NCBI GenBank assembly: GCA_950097015.1 | Contig: CATNEN010000037.1 | Span: 2,728,001-2,792,000, forward strand | Length of the DNA: 64,000 nt | Direction of reading: 5' to 3' | Source: Macrostomum hystrix | Lineage: Eukaryota > Animalia > Platyhelminthes | Part shown: piece by piece, positions 35,201 through 47,033 of the stretch | How positions within the stretch are numbered: the stretch's first letter is position 1 | Layout: every line of letters starts with the position of its first letter | Position numbers and translations under genes: made by a program | Notes under the pieces: model-generated | What the model was told of the DNA's origin: nothing | The model's database searches: none | What the model saw: the letters and a program-made list of their open reading frames with translations, nothing else

Positions 35201-37598
35201 AAATGATAAAATGTAGACAAGACTCAGTAACAATTAAGAAAATAACTAAGACAGCAATGTCATTCCAAGCATGCTTTCATTCTGGTATGACAGGAAAAGC
35301 AATGCTGACGAGCTGTGAAATTGGTTGAAGACACATCCATTAAAATATGTTTGTTCTGACAAAAGTCTCATTCTGACAGTCAAAAGCCTCATTCTGACAG
35401 TCAAAAGCCTCATTCTGACAGTCAAAAGCCTCATTGTGACAGTCAAAAGCCTCATTCTGACAGTCAAAAGCCTCATTCTGACAGTCAAAAGTCTCATTCT
35501 GACAGTCAAAAGTATCATTCTGACAGTCAAAAGTCTCATTCTGACAGTCAAAAGTATCATTCTGACAGTCAAAAGCCTCATTCTGACAGTCAAAAGTCTC
35601 ATTCTGACAGTCAAAAGTCTCATTCTGACAGTCAAAAGTATCATTCTGACAGTCAAAAGCCTCATTCTGACAGTCAAAAGCCTCATTCTGACAGTCAAAA
35701 GTATCATTCTGACAGTCATAAGCATCATTCTGACAGTCATAAGCCTCATTCTGACAGTCAAAAGCCTCATTCTGACAGTCAAAAGTACCATTCTGACAGT
35801 CATAAGCCTCATTCTGACAGTCAAAAGCCTCATTCTGACAGTCAAAAGTACCATTCTGACAGTCATAAGCCTCATTCTGACAGTCAAAAGCCTCATTCTG
35901 ACAGTCAAAAGTATCATTCTGACAGTCATAAGCCTCATTCTGACAGTCAAAAGTCTCATTCTGACAGTCAAAAGTATCATTCTGACAGTCAAAAGCCTCA
36001 TTCTGACAGTCAAAAGCCTCATTCTGACAGTCAAAAGCATCATTCTGACAGTCATAAGCCTCATTCTGACAGTCATAAGCCTCATTCTGACAGTCAAAAG
36101 TATCATTCTGACAGTCATAAGCCTCATTCTGACAGTCATAAGCCTCATTCTGACAGTCAAAAGCCTCATTCTGACAGTCAAAAGTACCATTCTGACAGTC
36201 ATAAGCCTCATTCTGACAGTCAAAAGCCTCATTCTGACAGTCAAAAGTATCATTCTGACAGTCATAAGCCTCATTCTGACAGTCAAAAGTCTCATTCTGA
36301 CAGTCAAAAGTATCATTCTGACAGTCAAAAGCCTCATTCTGACAGTCAAAAGCCTCATTCTGACAGTCAAAAGCCTCATTCTGACAGTCAAAAGCCTCAT
36401 TCTGACAGGCAAAAAAATTCGAACGAACTCTCGAATATCTCTTTCTGATTCTGATTCTCAAAATTCTCGTTCTGACTTTCTAAAGTCAGATTTTGAATCT
36501 AAAAACTTTCGTTCGGACTCTTAAAGTTATCATTATGATTATGTATAATGATTATTGGACTCTGAAAAATGTCTGACCATGATCTTAAAGATTTGCTGAT
36601 TCTATTAATCATTCTGATTAATATACAAGTAAGATCCCATTCTGACTTTGCTTAATCTTATAATATGAACACTAAGCTTGCAAACATAAAAAACGTTGAC
36701 AAGCCATAAGAAGGGACACTTCAAATGAATTCCTAAATACAATTGTTCATTGCACGCACAGTCGAGTGTACAAGCACCCGTGTCTCTAGTGCAACATCAC
36801 ACTAATTCATTAGGTGCAACAGTGTGGCAGCAGTAGCAGCAGCTGCTAATGACACGTACCATATGTACGCGTTGCTGCATTCTATAAGTTGTTTAGTTTA
36901 AGAATAAGCGATCATATTTTTAACTGTGAAACGTTTTGTTACAGTAATAATACATAACACAGTTAAGCATCATCTAGGAGTTCATTGTGCAAGGGTTAGG
37001 CTTGATTGAAAGCGGATTAATAGTTTTTTGTTAAAAAAATCTATACATTTTCTAAAAAAACTTTTTTAGACTAGAAACAATTCAATAAGTATTTTGAACA
37101 ATAAGGCTAGTTACTTTTTATTTCCTCCTATTCACTAGCAACAAAAAAAGAAGAAAAACAATGATACTAAACTATGCTTCAAGTCTTCTTGAACATAATA
37201 TGCAGATTATAAGCCTGAAAATGATTGGTAAAAAGTATTTAAAAAAATCCAAATTTAAGTAGAATAAATTATGAACTTTTGTCTAAATACAAGAAATCAG
37301 TCAACAATGCTAAAAACCACTCACCTCAACAACACCATTGTCTTCGGTGCTGTCAAAATCCAGCAGGTTGGCAGAATTGGGACTTGCAACCACCTGAAAT
37401 TCATGATTTTGCATCGTCATGTGGCATCTAGACCTATTAGATAAAAAAATTATAAGTAAAAAACATTTGATGCACATGCCAATCAACTTTGCTTCAATGC
37501 AAATAAGTTTCTATATCATTCATTGTCATCTGACTTACTTCATTGTTTGTTTCAGCAGTTGGTGAGCCAAAGTCTAGCAGATTGTCCACTTCAGCCAT
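15130..37598 (-). CDS. Multi-exon single-LIM-domain protein of EPLIN/LIMD2/Xin type, about 855 aa. Exons 37598-37539, 37393-37325, 32633-32519, 28126-27807, 26937-26773, 25722-25597, 24418-24294, 23414-23341, 23241-23197, 23058-22970, 22326-22165, 21640-21353, 20322-19915, 15651-15130
   Basis: All listed exons have GT/AG ends with compatible phases and join into one open frame (2568 nt). The LIM and C-terminal exons are well supported. The N-terminal exons and the ends of the 22.3-kb exon are less certain. Confidence 0.7.
15700..15972 (+). mobile_element. tRNA-derived SINE with CORE-like central block, antisense within the last LIM-gene intron
   Basis: A-box-like TAGCCTAGTG (15714-15723), B-box GTTCGATTC (15745-15753), TCCTTTAGCGAGACACTTCACCCAGCTGTTAAATGG resembling the CORE domain, TATTAT-type tail. 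Confidence 0.65.
16395..19760. repeat. Minisatellite, 37-bp unit GACTAGCAATCCACTCTGTTCCTTCATCCACGGGATA, about 90 copies, intronic
   Basis: Tandem copies with an internal 1369-bp block duplication. Confidence 0.98.
20548..20975. repeat. Minisatellite, 20-bp unit AACCTCCGGTCACTCCTATC, intronic
   Basis: Tandem copies. Confidence 0.96.
22385..22960. repeat. Minisatellite, 30-bp unit AATCCAAGCACCCAATCCATCATTTGAGAG, intronic
   Basis: Tandem copies beginning just after the donor at 22969. Confidence 0.96.
23341..24418 (-). CDS. LIM domain, two exons (24418-24294, 23414-23341)
   Basis: Spliced peptide CRLCQKKVYPMELLTSDGHIYHKSCYRCHKCNRLLSVGNFGVLDNQLYCQPHYLEIFRMRG fits the LIM consensus and the VYPME signature of EPLIN/LIMD2-class LIMs. 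Confidence 0.93.
23580..24275. repeat. Minisatellite, 20-bp unit TCACTCCGATCACCTCCTAG, in the intron splitting the LIM domain
   Basis: Tandem copies. Confidence 0.96.
24825..25505. repeat. Minisatellite, 34-bp unit AAGCCTCAATCCCCTGAAACTTCAGCGAGTCTAC, intronic
   Basis: Tandem copies. Confidence 0.96.
25830..26320. repeat. Compound minisatellite, 33-bp CAGCCATAGACATCCTGTACTCTAGTGCTGATC and 23-bp CAGCCTAAGAATCTTGTACTTCA units
   Basis: Interleaved tandem copies. Confidence 0.92.
28265..29450. repeat. Minisatellite, 28-bp unit GGCAAGTGATGACCTGTCATTGTACTGA with a ...CAGTAGACGGA variant
   Basis: Tandem copies; the variant dominates the left end and is absent from the right end. Confidence 0.97.
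30570..31798. repeat. Minisatellite, 23-bp unit GTGGAATGCAGAATTGTGTTTAT
   Basis: Period 23 measured 30672 to 30695. Confidence 0.97.
31806..31849 (-). CDS. Possible 44-bp additional or alternative exon of the LIM gene ((E)FHQLCAAGAVGADL)
   Basis: GC-rich island with a GTGAGA donor and AAG acceptor. It enters in phase 1 but exits in phase 0, so it needs a partner exon that I could not identify. Confidence 0.3.
32800..34880. repeat. Minisatellite, 30-bp unit GGTGGCTGAGGCAATGAAGGATCAGAGGAT, about 69 copies, intronic
   Basis: Tandem copies; source of the 674-aa ORF in the track. Confidence 0.98.
35355..36407. repeat. Minisatellite, 21-bp unit CTGACAGTCAAAAGCCTCATT, about 50 copies, intronic
   Basis: Tandem copies; open in several frames. 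Confidence 0.98.
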
Positions 37599-38119
37599 GT
37601 CTGTTGTAGTTGCTTAAATAAGTTAAATGTTAATTTTTTAAGGCACTTTTTTAAGAAACATTTTACTACCTGTTTAAAACTACATCTGGGACAAAAAAAA
37701 TAATATTGAGAATAGCTAGAGTATTCCATTCTAAAGCAAAATTGAAAAACTAAAGCACAGAAAAACATAGACATGTACTACCAAATAAACAAAAAACTGA
37801 GAGTTTTTTAATGAAATTATTGGATAACTTTAATGAGAATATAGTATATTTACAAAACCTTTAAATAAGGATTTAAAATCAATTTAAAAAAGTTAAAAAA
37901 TGGTTTTGTAGTCTTACATTTTTATACATTTAAAACAATTTTATAAAGTTTAATTTTTGTATACATGTTTAATTTTTATTAAACAACCATAGTTAAAATT
38001 GTATATAGTAGCTATTGTGACATACAATTGACAGGATTTTATTATACACTTTGACATAAACATAAGCCTTCTCTATATATAAACATCATGATTAGCTAAT
38101 ATAACAACATTAGTCCAGA

Positions 38120-38612
38120 GGATCCTAGTCACTTTGTCAAATGCCATTTTGTTGAAGTGAAATTTTGTCAAATCTTGAACAAAGTGGCTGGAATTAAGGG
38201 GTGCCCAAATTTGCATTTGATGAAGTGACCAGAATTTCTGAGGCTAGAAATCTATATTTGATAAGGTGACCAAGTTGGCTGTTTTGTCAACTAGTTTTTT
38301 TAACTTGCTGTGGAGTGCAATGTGCAAAATGACAAAAGCATGGCTACTTTAGACCCCACCAGCCCTTGGATCCAGCCCTCCACATTTACTCTTAACACAA
38401 TGTGCAAAGTAAGCTGACAATTGACTACAATGTACATGTAATGGCATATACAGCCATATATACAGTATGTATATGTACTACATAATTGGCTATTTCATGA
38501 AGTGACCAAAGTTTGAGATGGCCTGACTAGTTATTCAACAAAGTGACCAAATACAGAGATGAGTCTGGTTGATGACCATTTGATGAAATGGCATTTGAAA
38601 AAGTGACTAGCA
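38120..38612. mobile_element. Degenerate MITE-like element with terminal inverted repeats
   Basis: CTAGTCACTTTGTCAAATGCCATTT at 38125 versus the reverse complement ending at 38610; the right arm is homologous to 50032-50190. Confidence 0.65.
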
Positions 38613-41374
38613 ACTAGTATAGATCATGCTAATGATATACAATAAGAAATTTGGTATGCATTCTTCCTTTTTGCCAAAATATGAAAAAATAGAAAAAATT
38701 GCTTGAAACTTTACACCAAATTATGCTACATGGAAAAAGTTTGCAAGGCTTTAAACTAAATTGCACCAACAATTAATTATGTTTGCGATTATTTTACCTT
38801 AATAAATAGAAATGTATGAATTCATTTGTCAAAATAGCCTTGAGCTATCCTATATAAAACTATCCTAACAGAAATAAAATAAAAACAAGAGTATGAAATA
38901 ACATTTGTTAAGCCTAAAAAAGTTCTTTAAATTTTGCTAATTTAGGTCTGCATCTCACAACATTGCATTAAGTGGAAGACAATAGTCTTGTTATTGTTGT
39001 ATTACACTAAAATGCAAAAAAGTAGTGCTAGGATTTATATATTGCCACTACCAAAAAGCTACTGCTAAGCTAAGTAAAATACTTATATTTAAATGCACTA
39101 AAACAATTTTTTTACTTATTACGAGCTAAAAATATGTATGTATTGTCTTAGACTAGAACATGTAGATAAGAGTTTAGGAGCTCTAAACTGAATGCAAGTA
39201 TATGTATAGTATTTTAGCTAAAAGCATAAAACAAACCTGACCATCTAAATATTAAATTACAAAAAACATGCAAAACAAAGTAAAAAACTATTGAAAAAAT
39301 TGAGTACAAACTAATAAAATTCTGATTGACAATGTACGAGCGTACTTGAGTGTTGTGTTACGTTTATGAACAACTAACTAGAAGTACTTTGATACAAGTG
39401 TTAATGTCAATGCAAATAAAAAATTATAGACATCTGATTGATTATTTATTCTAAATAACTGTTACCTTCGAAATCACAAACAACTTTCGCGGAGTTGATT
39501 TTGCTTTTTGGTCAGGAAGTTGTAGCATTCGTTTCTTGGAAAATTAGTCACTCATAATCTGCCTTGACTCATTTATTCTGATAAACAAAACACTTTAGTG
39601 TCGTTCATGTCGCACTAAAAAGTCCTATTTTTCACGTTCATCAATGAATTCATTATTAACTACATAGCTGATATAAATCATTATAGGTGCATTTGACTCT
39701 GCGAACTCAGCATTTCACCCAACGGCGACTAGATGAAGGTCCACGATTTCACTTGCCAAACGAATACGCGATGGCGGAAGATTTGCAAATCGAAAATATG
39801 CTTTGTCAGTTAGTGCTATGATTGTTTTCTGAACCATACCATACCACCCTAATTTATGTAAATGAATTTCATGAAGTCCTGAAAAGTTCGTTAAACAATT
39901 TAGTTTCGATTGATATTTGTGTCAATTCTTGACGTTTCACAGGAAAAATAGTTGTCTTAGCAAATACCTCTCATTTGTATGCTTTTCTAAAGTTTACAAT
40001 ATATATCTTAGTTTGCGCTTATCTGGCAGTAAAAACCAAATCACTTAGTTAAAAATAAGTGGGTCGATAATTTTTTTGTTAAGGATAGCTATGGCAAAGT
40101 TAAGAAGACAAGGTGAAAAGCTCATGTACGATGTGTAAGCAAACTCTTCATACACAAATAGTTCAGTCATATAAACGTATTTATAATATTATATATGTAG
40201 AATCGTCTGTTACAAGTAAGCACTGGGACATGCAAAGTGAAACACAGATAAAACGCGTCGCAAAATTTAGCCTTTGATTTGTGAAGGGATAGTGGCGCAG
40301 AAAAAAAACTAGCAAAGTTTGCAGTTAAAAAAAATTGTAATAAGCGAGGAAAAAAGCTAGCAGGGCTGAATGAGCGAAAGAATATCGCTTAGAAAGTATA
40401 GCGTGGGAAGACGATTATGAATTTCATAAATAATATAATTTGTTTTCTGAAGCTTTTCATAATGAAACCAAATCATGACCTAAATTAATAGCCGGATTAT
40501 TCTACATTTTACTTCTAAAACAATACATTTTTTTAATGCCGATATGTTTTTAAATTGTGGGAACTTGACAAGTAGTACACTTGGCTGAGCTGTGTGATAA
40601 TTCAACTGAAATAAAACTCAATAAGGGGCAGGATCTTAGGGACTCACGCGAGCATATACACATAAAGTGGGACAAGCTCAAAAAACCAAGCGACTCTTGA
40701 CCTTGAAAGTGGGACCAAAAATGAGATAGTAGATGCATTTCCAATTTAATCTGCGAAGTTTAATAGTGAACATATTATGTATCCTAGCTGACCGGAAGGT
40801 GCAACTACGGCCAGGGCACAAATAGTTTCCTTAGAAAAAGCTAGCCAATTTAATTAGCACGCGACACCAAACTCGTTTCCGACTAACCAGTTAAAGTGCA
40901 TCTCTGCCGCAGTTAGTTTGTTAGACAGAGTGGTTGGTTTCGGCGGAGAGGGACAGAGCAAAAGACACCGATTAAAATAAAATACGTTAAGATGATGGCC
41001 GAACGCTTTTGCCTATACCTGTAACTAAAGTCTGACATATGCACACTAAATAAATATGCAAATTATGAATTTTAGGTATAGCCACCAATCAAATTGAAGC
41101 GCGGCGAACAACGACAACTGTTGCATATTGTTTATTTTTAACAGTTGATGCTAAATGGACGGTCATACAAATAGCCAGTTGGTCGAGGGCTAGTAGTGAA
41201 GCAATTTCTTTAATTTTGTTAAAGCAGTTATGCCAATAGTAAAATTATATGAAAAAAATAAATATGAAAAAGTCTCACACAATGGCAATGGCAGTGAGCA
41301 CTGATTGCTGACACAATCGATTGGGATTCTTTGTAACCTAATATCTGGGCGAGAATGTGAGGTGTTGCATGGTC

Positions 41375-41820
41375 TGCGTAGCCAATCATACGGGTGGGGA
41401 GGTGGGTTGGTGCGTAGCCAATCATACGGGTGGGGAGGTGGGTTGGTGCGTAGCCAATTATACAGGTGAGGAGGTGGGTTGGTGCGCAGCCAATCATACG
41501 GGTGAGGAGGTGGATTGGTGCGTAGCCAATCATACGGGTGAGGAGGTGGGTTGGTGCGTAGCCAATCATACGGGTGAGGAGGTGGGTTGGTGCGTAGCCA
41601 ATCATACGGGTGGGGAGGTGGGTTGGTGCGTAGCCAATCATACGGGTGGGGAGGTGGGTTGGTGCGTAGCCAATCATACAGGTGAGGAGGTGGGTTGGTG
41701 CGTAGCGAATCATACGGATGAGGAGGTCAAGTGGTGCGTGGCCAATTAAATGTGTGAGGAGGTGGGATGGTACGTGTTAAATCATACGGGTGAGGAGGTT
41801 GGGTTGTTCGTAAACAATCG
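41375..41820. repeat. Minisatellite, 36-bp unit GTGCGTAGCCAATCATACGGGTGAGGAGGTGGGTTG, about 11 copies, intergenic
   Basis: Period 36 measured 41382 to 41418. Confidence 0.95.
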
Positions 41821-42646
41821 AGGCGGAGCAGATAGTTTAGACAGAATATGTCAAAGCAAAAATTAGGTTAGGAAAAATAGTGACAAAACAAGACTAATAA
41901 TGTTAGCTATTAATAGAAATCTTTATAATGAGCTAATAGTGTCCGAAATGTCAATCAGATCAGAATAGTACACATAAAAACTAGATTAAATATTCATAAC
42001 ACAGGTCTGGAGTGCTTGACAGTTCCGCTTGGTGGCATTTAAACTAGTAAATATAGAAATAAATGTTATATACACGCCAATTTTCGATAGAAAGACTAAA
42101 AAACAATCATCGAATCGCTAATAGTTAAATTGAAGGCAGTGAATATGTAGGCTGCAGGCAGGGGATTTGAGGTCTACATAAATTAATACAATATATATTT
42201 TTTTTTCAGTAACTGCCTGCTGGGCAAACATTCTTTGGTTGTAGCAATTAAGTTATGCTTCTTAGCTTTTTACAAAATTCGTACAAAAATTCTGCCAATG
42301 GTGCACTGGAAAAAGCGAGACAGGGACAGGGAAAGGCGTAGAGAGTCGGGGAAAGACAATGAGAAATACAGGGAGAGAGATGAAGGCAGGGAGAGAGTTG
42401 TGGCAAAGACCTTACCTTCATACTGAGTGAAAAGAAAGAAAAGTGCTCGGTAAAAAATTGCCGATATGTATTGAAAAAATAGTAATTTAACACTCAAGAA
42501 ATTTTAAGAAATCAAGGGTGGCGTTCGTTTGATCAATTTAGATACCTAAAGTCCCAGTGACTAGGAGATTGTAGAGCAAGATAAGGAGCAGGAGTGGGGA
42601 GGAAGTGCAAGTAGCGGCAGCTGCAGAATGGTGGCAATGGGAAGCC

Positions 42647-45575
42647 TCAGCCAATAAAAACACTATCAGCTGGTGCGTAGAATTCGTCAATGTTGAGGTC
42701 CAGGTCGATCTCCATGTCCATAGCGCCGCCGATGTCCATAGGCGAAGGCGCCACTAGGCCTGGCGTCAGAGGCGGATCGCTATCCCGATGACTGTAGAGG
42801 CCGCAGTTGGCGACAGAACTAGAGCCAGCCGATGCTCTTGCAGTTGCCGGGTTAGCCAGCTGTTGTGTATTGAATACAGTGTCCATCTGCATTGGAGACT
42901 GAGACGGACGCTGAAATTGTACCTGCTGCTGCTGCTGCTGAGATATGTGCGCAGAGCCTGTGCAGGTTGAAAATTAGCAAATTGGGCGTTATTGAAGCAA
43001 AACAAAACAAATAATGCACCAATTTAACATAAGGATGAACAAGCCATTTGCCGCACGATTTTATACCAAGGGGGGAATCCCACTTGGTCTGAAGAAGATT
43101 CTTATTTCAGAAGATGCGCAACAAATAATTGGCCCGTCTTCTTGAGTTTCGTGTGCTTGCGTTACTCTGTTCGGGCGCAGCACAAAAAACTCCACCCCCT
43201 TGGTAGTTCTACTGTTAAGAAAGAATCGTCAAGTGTCGTTTTGGCGTCCTTACCAACACTGGGCTCCATGCTCTGAATAAGATTGTCCAACAGATCGAAC
43301 TCTGCAATGTCCTGGCCATTGTCGCTTTGGCTAAGAGGATGTTGCTGCTGTTGCTGCTGCAGATGGGTCTGCGAGTTTGAAGCTAGCCAGGCCCGCAGTT
43401 CTCCAGTGCTGCTAGACTGCAGCCCGGCACTAGAGTGATGTGGGCAGTGGAAGACAAGCTTTGTTTCATAAGCTTGAAATGCAGCCCTTACAGCTATAAG
43501 ATATTTCCCTCGATTTAACGAAAGTCAGTTGTTAACCAACTTCCTCTGCTAGTTCAACAGTCAGCTGTTAACCTACTTCCTCTGCTCCTTCAACAGTCAG
43601 CTGTTAACCTACTTCGTCTGCTCCTTCAACAGTCAGTTGTTAACCTACTTCCTCTGCTCCTTAAACAGTCAGCTGTTAACCTACTTCCTCTGCTCCTTCA
43701 ACAGTCAGTTGTTAACCTACTTCCTCTGCTCCTTCAACAGTCAGTTGTTAACCTACTTCCTCTGCTCCTTCAACAGTCAGTTGTTAACCTACTTCCTCTG
43801 CTCCTTCAACAGTCAGTTGTTAACCTACTTCCTCTGCTCCTTCAACAGTCATTTGTTAACCTACTTCCTCTGCTACTTCAACAGTCAGTTGTTAACCTAC
43901 TTCCTCTGCTCCTTCAACAGTCATTTGTTAACCTACTTCCTCTGCTCCTTCAACAGACACAAAGAGCCATCAATAGGCGATTAGTAATGCACCTAAAATC
44001 GTTGACCACAATAGAGCCAGCTGGCAAGTTGGCATATCTGTGCTGACGCTGGTGTGCCTGAGCCAGAGGATGCTGCTGCTGCTGCCCCTCCTGCTCTGTG
44101 GTGTCCAGGTAAACTGGAACTAGACAGTAGGCCAGTCTGCCTTGCTGCTGCTGGTATTGCTGGGGATACTGGTATTGCAGCTGTTGCAAGGCGGCGCCCT
44201 CGGACGAGGATCTGGCAAGGCTAGGCGATGAATAGCCGAGCTGGACGCTGCTAACAGAGGCGCCACTGTTTGTCACAGCGGCTCTGTGGACGTTTGCAGC
44301 AGCAGCCAATGCAGCTGCAGCTCCAGATGATTCAGACTTAGCCGGACCTCTGACAGTCATTGCTGCCCGGGTCGGCAGTGGCGGAGGCGGAGGCGGCGGC
44401 GGAGGAGCTGGCGGCGCAGGCGGCGGCGCGGATGTCGTTAGTGGCGCCGGACAGGGGAATCCGTAGGCTTCAGCTAGCTCCTGACGGTAGGGCTCCAGCA
44501 GGGCGGCCAGCTGTTCCTTGTTGCCAGAGCGTTTCAATCCGCGCTTGCTGCACTCAGCTCGCAGCTGGGTTGATGATAGATGATGATCAAGCCGGCCCGA
44601 GCCCGGAGCTGAGCCACTGGGCCCGGCCATCTCAGTTAACAATTCGTCCATCAGGCGGCTGCGCTCGGCCTCCATGCGCAGGTACATGCGCTGCTGATCT
44701 TCGCGGCATCGATTCGCTGGTCCGGGCGGCACGTACTGATGAAAGGTCAGGCCGCCGAATTTCTCAATGCGCTCGTTGCGCGATGAGGCGGAGGCGCTTT
44801 TTTTGCAGGACTTCGCCGAACCGCCGGGGCGCTTTCTGACCGCGGCATTGGTAGAAGACAGCGACGATGTGGAAGACGATGACGGCAGCGTCGCGGCGGC
44901 TGAAGCCGAGGTGGCTGCGACGGGGGCGCCGAAGTAAGCGAAGGTGGACACGGCAGCAACAGCCGAGGAGGATTGGACGGAATTGGAAAGAGGCGATGCG
45001 GACGGGGAAGCTACGATAGTGTGGGACGCGGAGACTGATGCCGGAGGCGAACTGCCGCTTTGCGAATCGTCGCCGAATGCGGTCACCGCGGATGAAGCGG
45101 TTGACGAATCGGCGAGTCCGTCGGCAACTTTAGTGAACGGAATGCAGCCGTCTTTGAGTAGGGTTTGAGCACCCATGCTCAGCGGTAGGTAGCCCATCTC
45201 GGCTACTTCTAAAGCGCCTGGCCTAGCGGCCAATTTGGAATTGAGTTCGTCGCGCAGTTTTTGCTTCTGCAACTGCTTTTGGGCCTCGTGAAGTATGGGG
45301 GACACGCCGGGATTGCTAGCCGTATCCATGAGGATGTGATAGTCCACTAAACGGCGCCTGTCTGGCCGATTGTTCAGATGCAGCGCAACTCGAGCCTTGG
45401 TGCTCTCTAAGCTGCTGTGAATAGGTGTGGACTCCACCGTGCCCTGGGGACTGGACTCCCAAATGGTCCAGTCGTCGGCTGCGTCGCCATTTGGCACAGC
45501 GGCGCCGGCAGCTGCTGCCAAGGAGCCAGCGTATTCTACATTTAAATTATTCTCATCTACCTGATGCCGCTGCAT
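42647..45575 (-). CDS. MRTF: Myocardin/MRTF family SRF coactivator; exons 45575-43993, 43429-43254, 42957-42647; about 689 aa
   Basis: RPEL-like repeats NRPDRRRLVDYHIL and ARPGALEVAEMGYLP; basic box LTFHQYVPP; Q-box-like QQRMYLRME; SAP domain LSSTQLRAECSKRGLKRSGNKEQLAALL; acidic C-terminus; phase-2 and phase-1 junctions join in frame. The start codon is less certain. Confidence 0.88.
43525..43955. repeat. Minisatellite, 36-bp unit TTAACCTACTTCCTCTGCTCCTTCAACAGTCAGTTG, in MRTF intron 1
   Basis: Tandem copies. Confidence 0.96.
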
Positions 45576-47033
45576 TGCTACGAACGGAGAGGAGCTGAGT
45601 GGGAGCGAGAGCAGTGCGTAGCCTAGGCTAGGCTCTAGTAATGGCCCAGTGCAACTTAGGTTAGCGTTGCACTGCGTTGCATGGCCCAGTGTGGCCAGGG
45701 CACTCTGAAATTGGTAGGAATTTAAACATTCTTGCGAATAGCAACAATTGAATAGTGGAATTTCCGTGAAATAATTCATTTCGTTTACTTTAAAAGTTGA
45801 CTGTTGGGTTAAGGTTTTGATGTTCTAGGAGTACATTAAATGTTTGAAACCTTAGAACTGAATATCAGTTGTTTTGCTCAGTGTCCACCATGTCCATTTA
45901 AGTTGGACTAGGCCTACCTACCAAGCCAATGCAGAGCCAGTACAGAACAGTTTCCAGTTATAATGCAAGACCAAGAGATCAAGTCTTTGATCTGTAGTCT
46001 TTAGACTTAAGTCTTTGAATTGATTTTTGCTATATTTAATTATCATTCAATATCGAAAATTATAACACTGGTCAAGTTTTACAATAAAAGTTTTTTAAAA
46101 CTACCTACACAAGATACCTACACAATGTAGATTTTTTTATTTTTTGGGATATTGAAAGAGGATAAATTGAAGCTATGCTGCATTGATACAAGGTAGCTAT
46201 TAATGAGGTTCACTTTCATTCAAAATGGATCTAATTAAACCAAAGAATTAAATTTAATCAATAGCATCTTTATAATTACTTCTATTCAAAAGCTTACATG
46301 CAGCTCTTTTGTTGGTCATAGGACCTATAGATTCATAGAAGAATAAGGTTGAACATATTGGGTTTTTGTGCACTCCTCATTTTTTGCCATCATAAATTTT
46401 AAACAATAGTGACTAAATAGGCTTAGCTGCCAAGCACTATGGTTATGATTTTATAGGCCTAGTGAAAAAAGGGCCACAGTATGTATATTGTCTTGACTCA
46501 AACATAAAAATGCTAAATTTGTAATAACTCTAACAAGTGCACCAATAATTTTGAAACTTTTCCAAAAGGAAATATTGAATTGAGCATGAAATTGAGCAAT
46601 AGCTAGCTATATTATAAGGAAAAATGTTCTTTTGAAGAAAGCATAATATGAAAAAAATCTCATTTATTAATGAATCAATGAGCTAGCTACATGATTATAA
46701 AACTTTGAAGTGGGTGGAGTCAATAAGGGCATAACAATATGCCAATGCCAATTGGATAAAAAAGCTTCTAACATGAGATTATAAGATTATTCTAAGACAA
46801 AGACCTCTGATATAAAGGTCACAAATTATATAATAGCCAATCAAATTTAAAAGGAAAATTTGGGAAAGCTATGAGGTTAGGTAGGGGCCTATACTTTCTG
46901 GTCACTAAAACAAAAAAAAACAAAAATAGGCCACAGAAAAGTGAAGTTAAAAAATCTAAGATAGGCTAGCTAAGGATCAATTATGTAGATATAGCTATAA
47001 TAGTTAGGACTGCTTCAAGCTCCAAATTTATTT

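Noticed and set aside
35246-36524. Three ORFs of 370-400 aa, including Cys-rich (DCQNEAF)n
   Set aside because: A 21-bp unit lacking stops in several frames; no unique coding flanks or usable splice context
43100-43213. Possible extra MRTF exon after a 40-nt intron
   Set aside because: In-frame stop. The flanking exons already join in phase without it.
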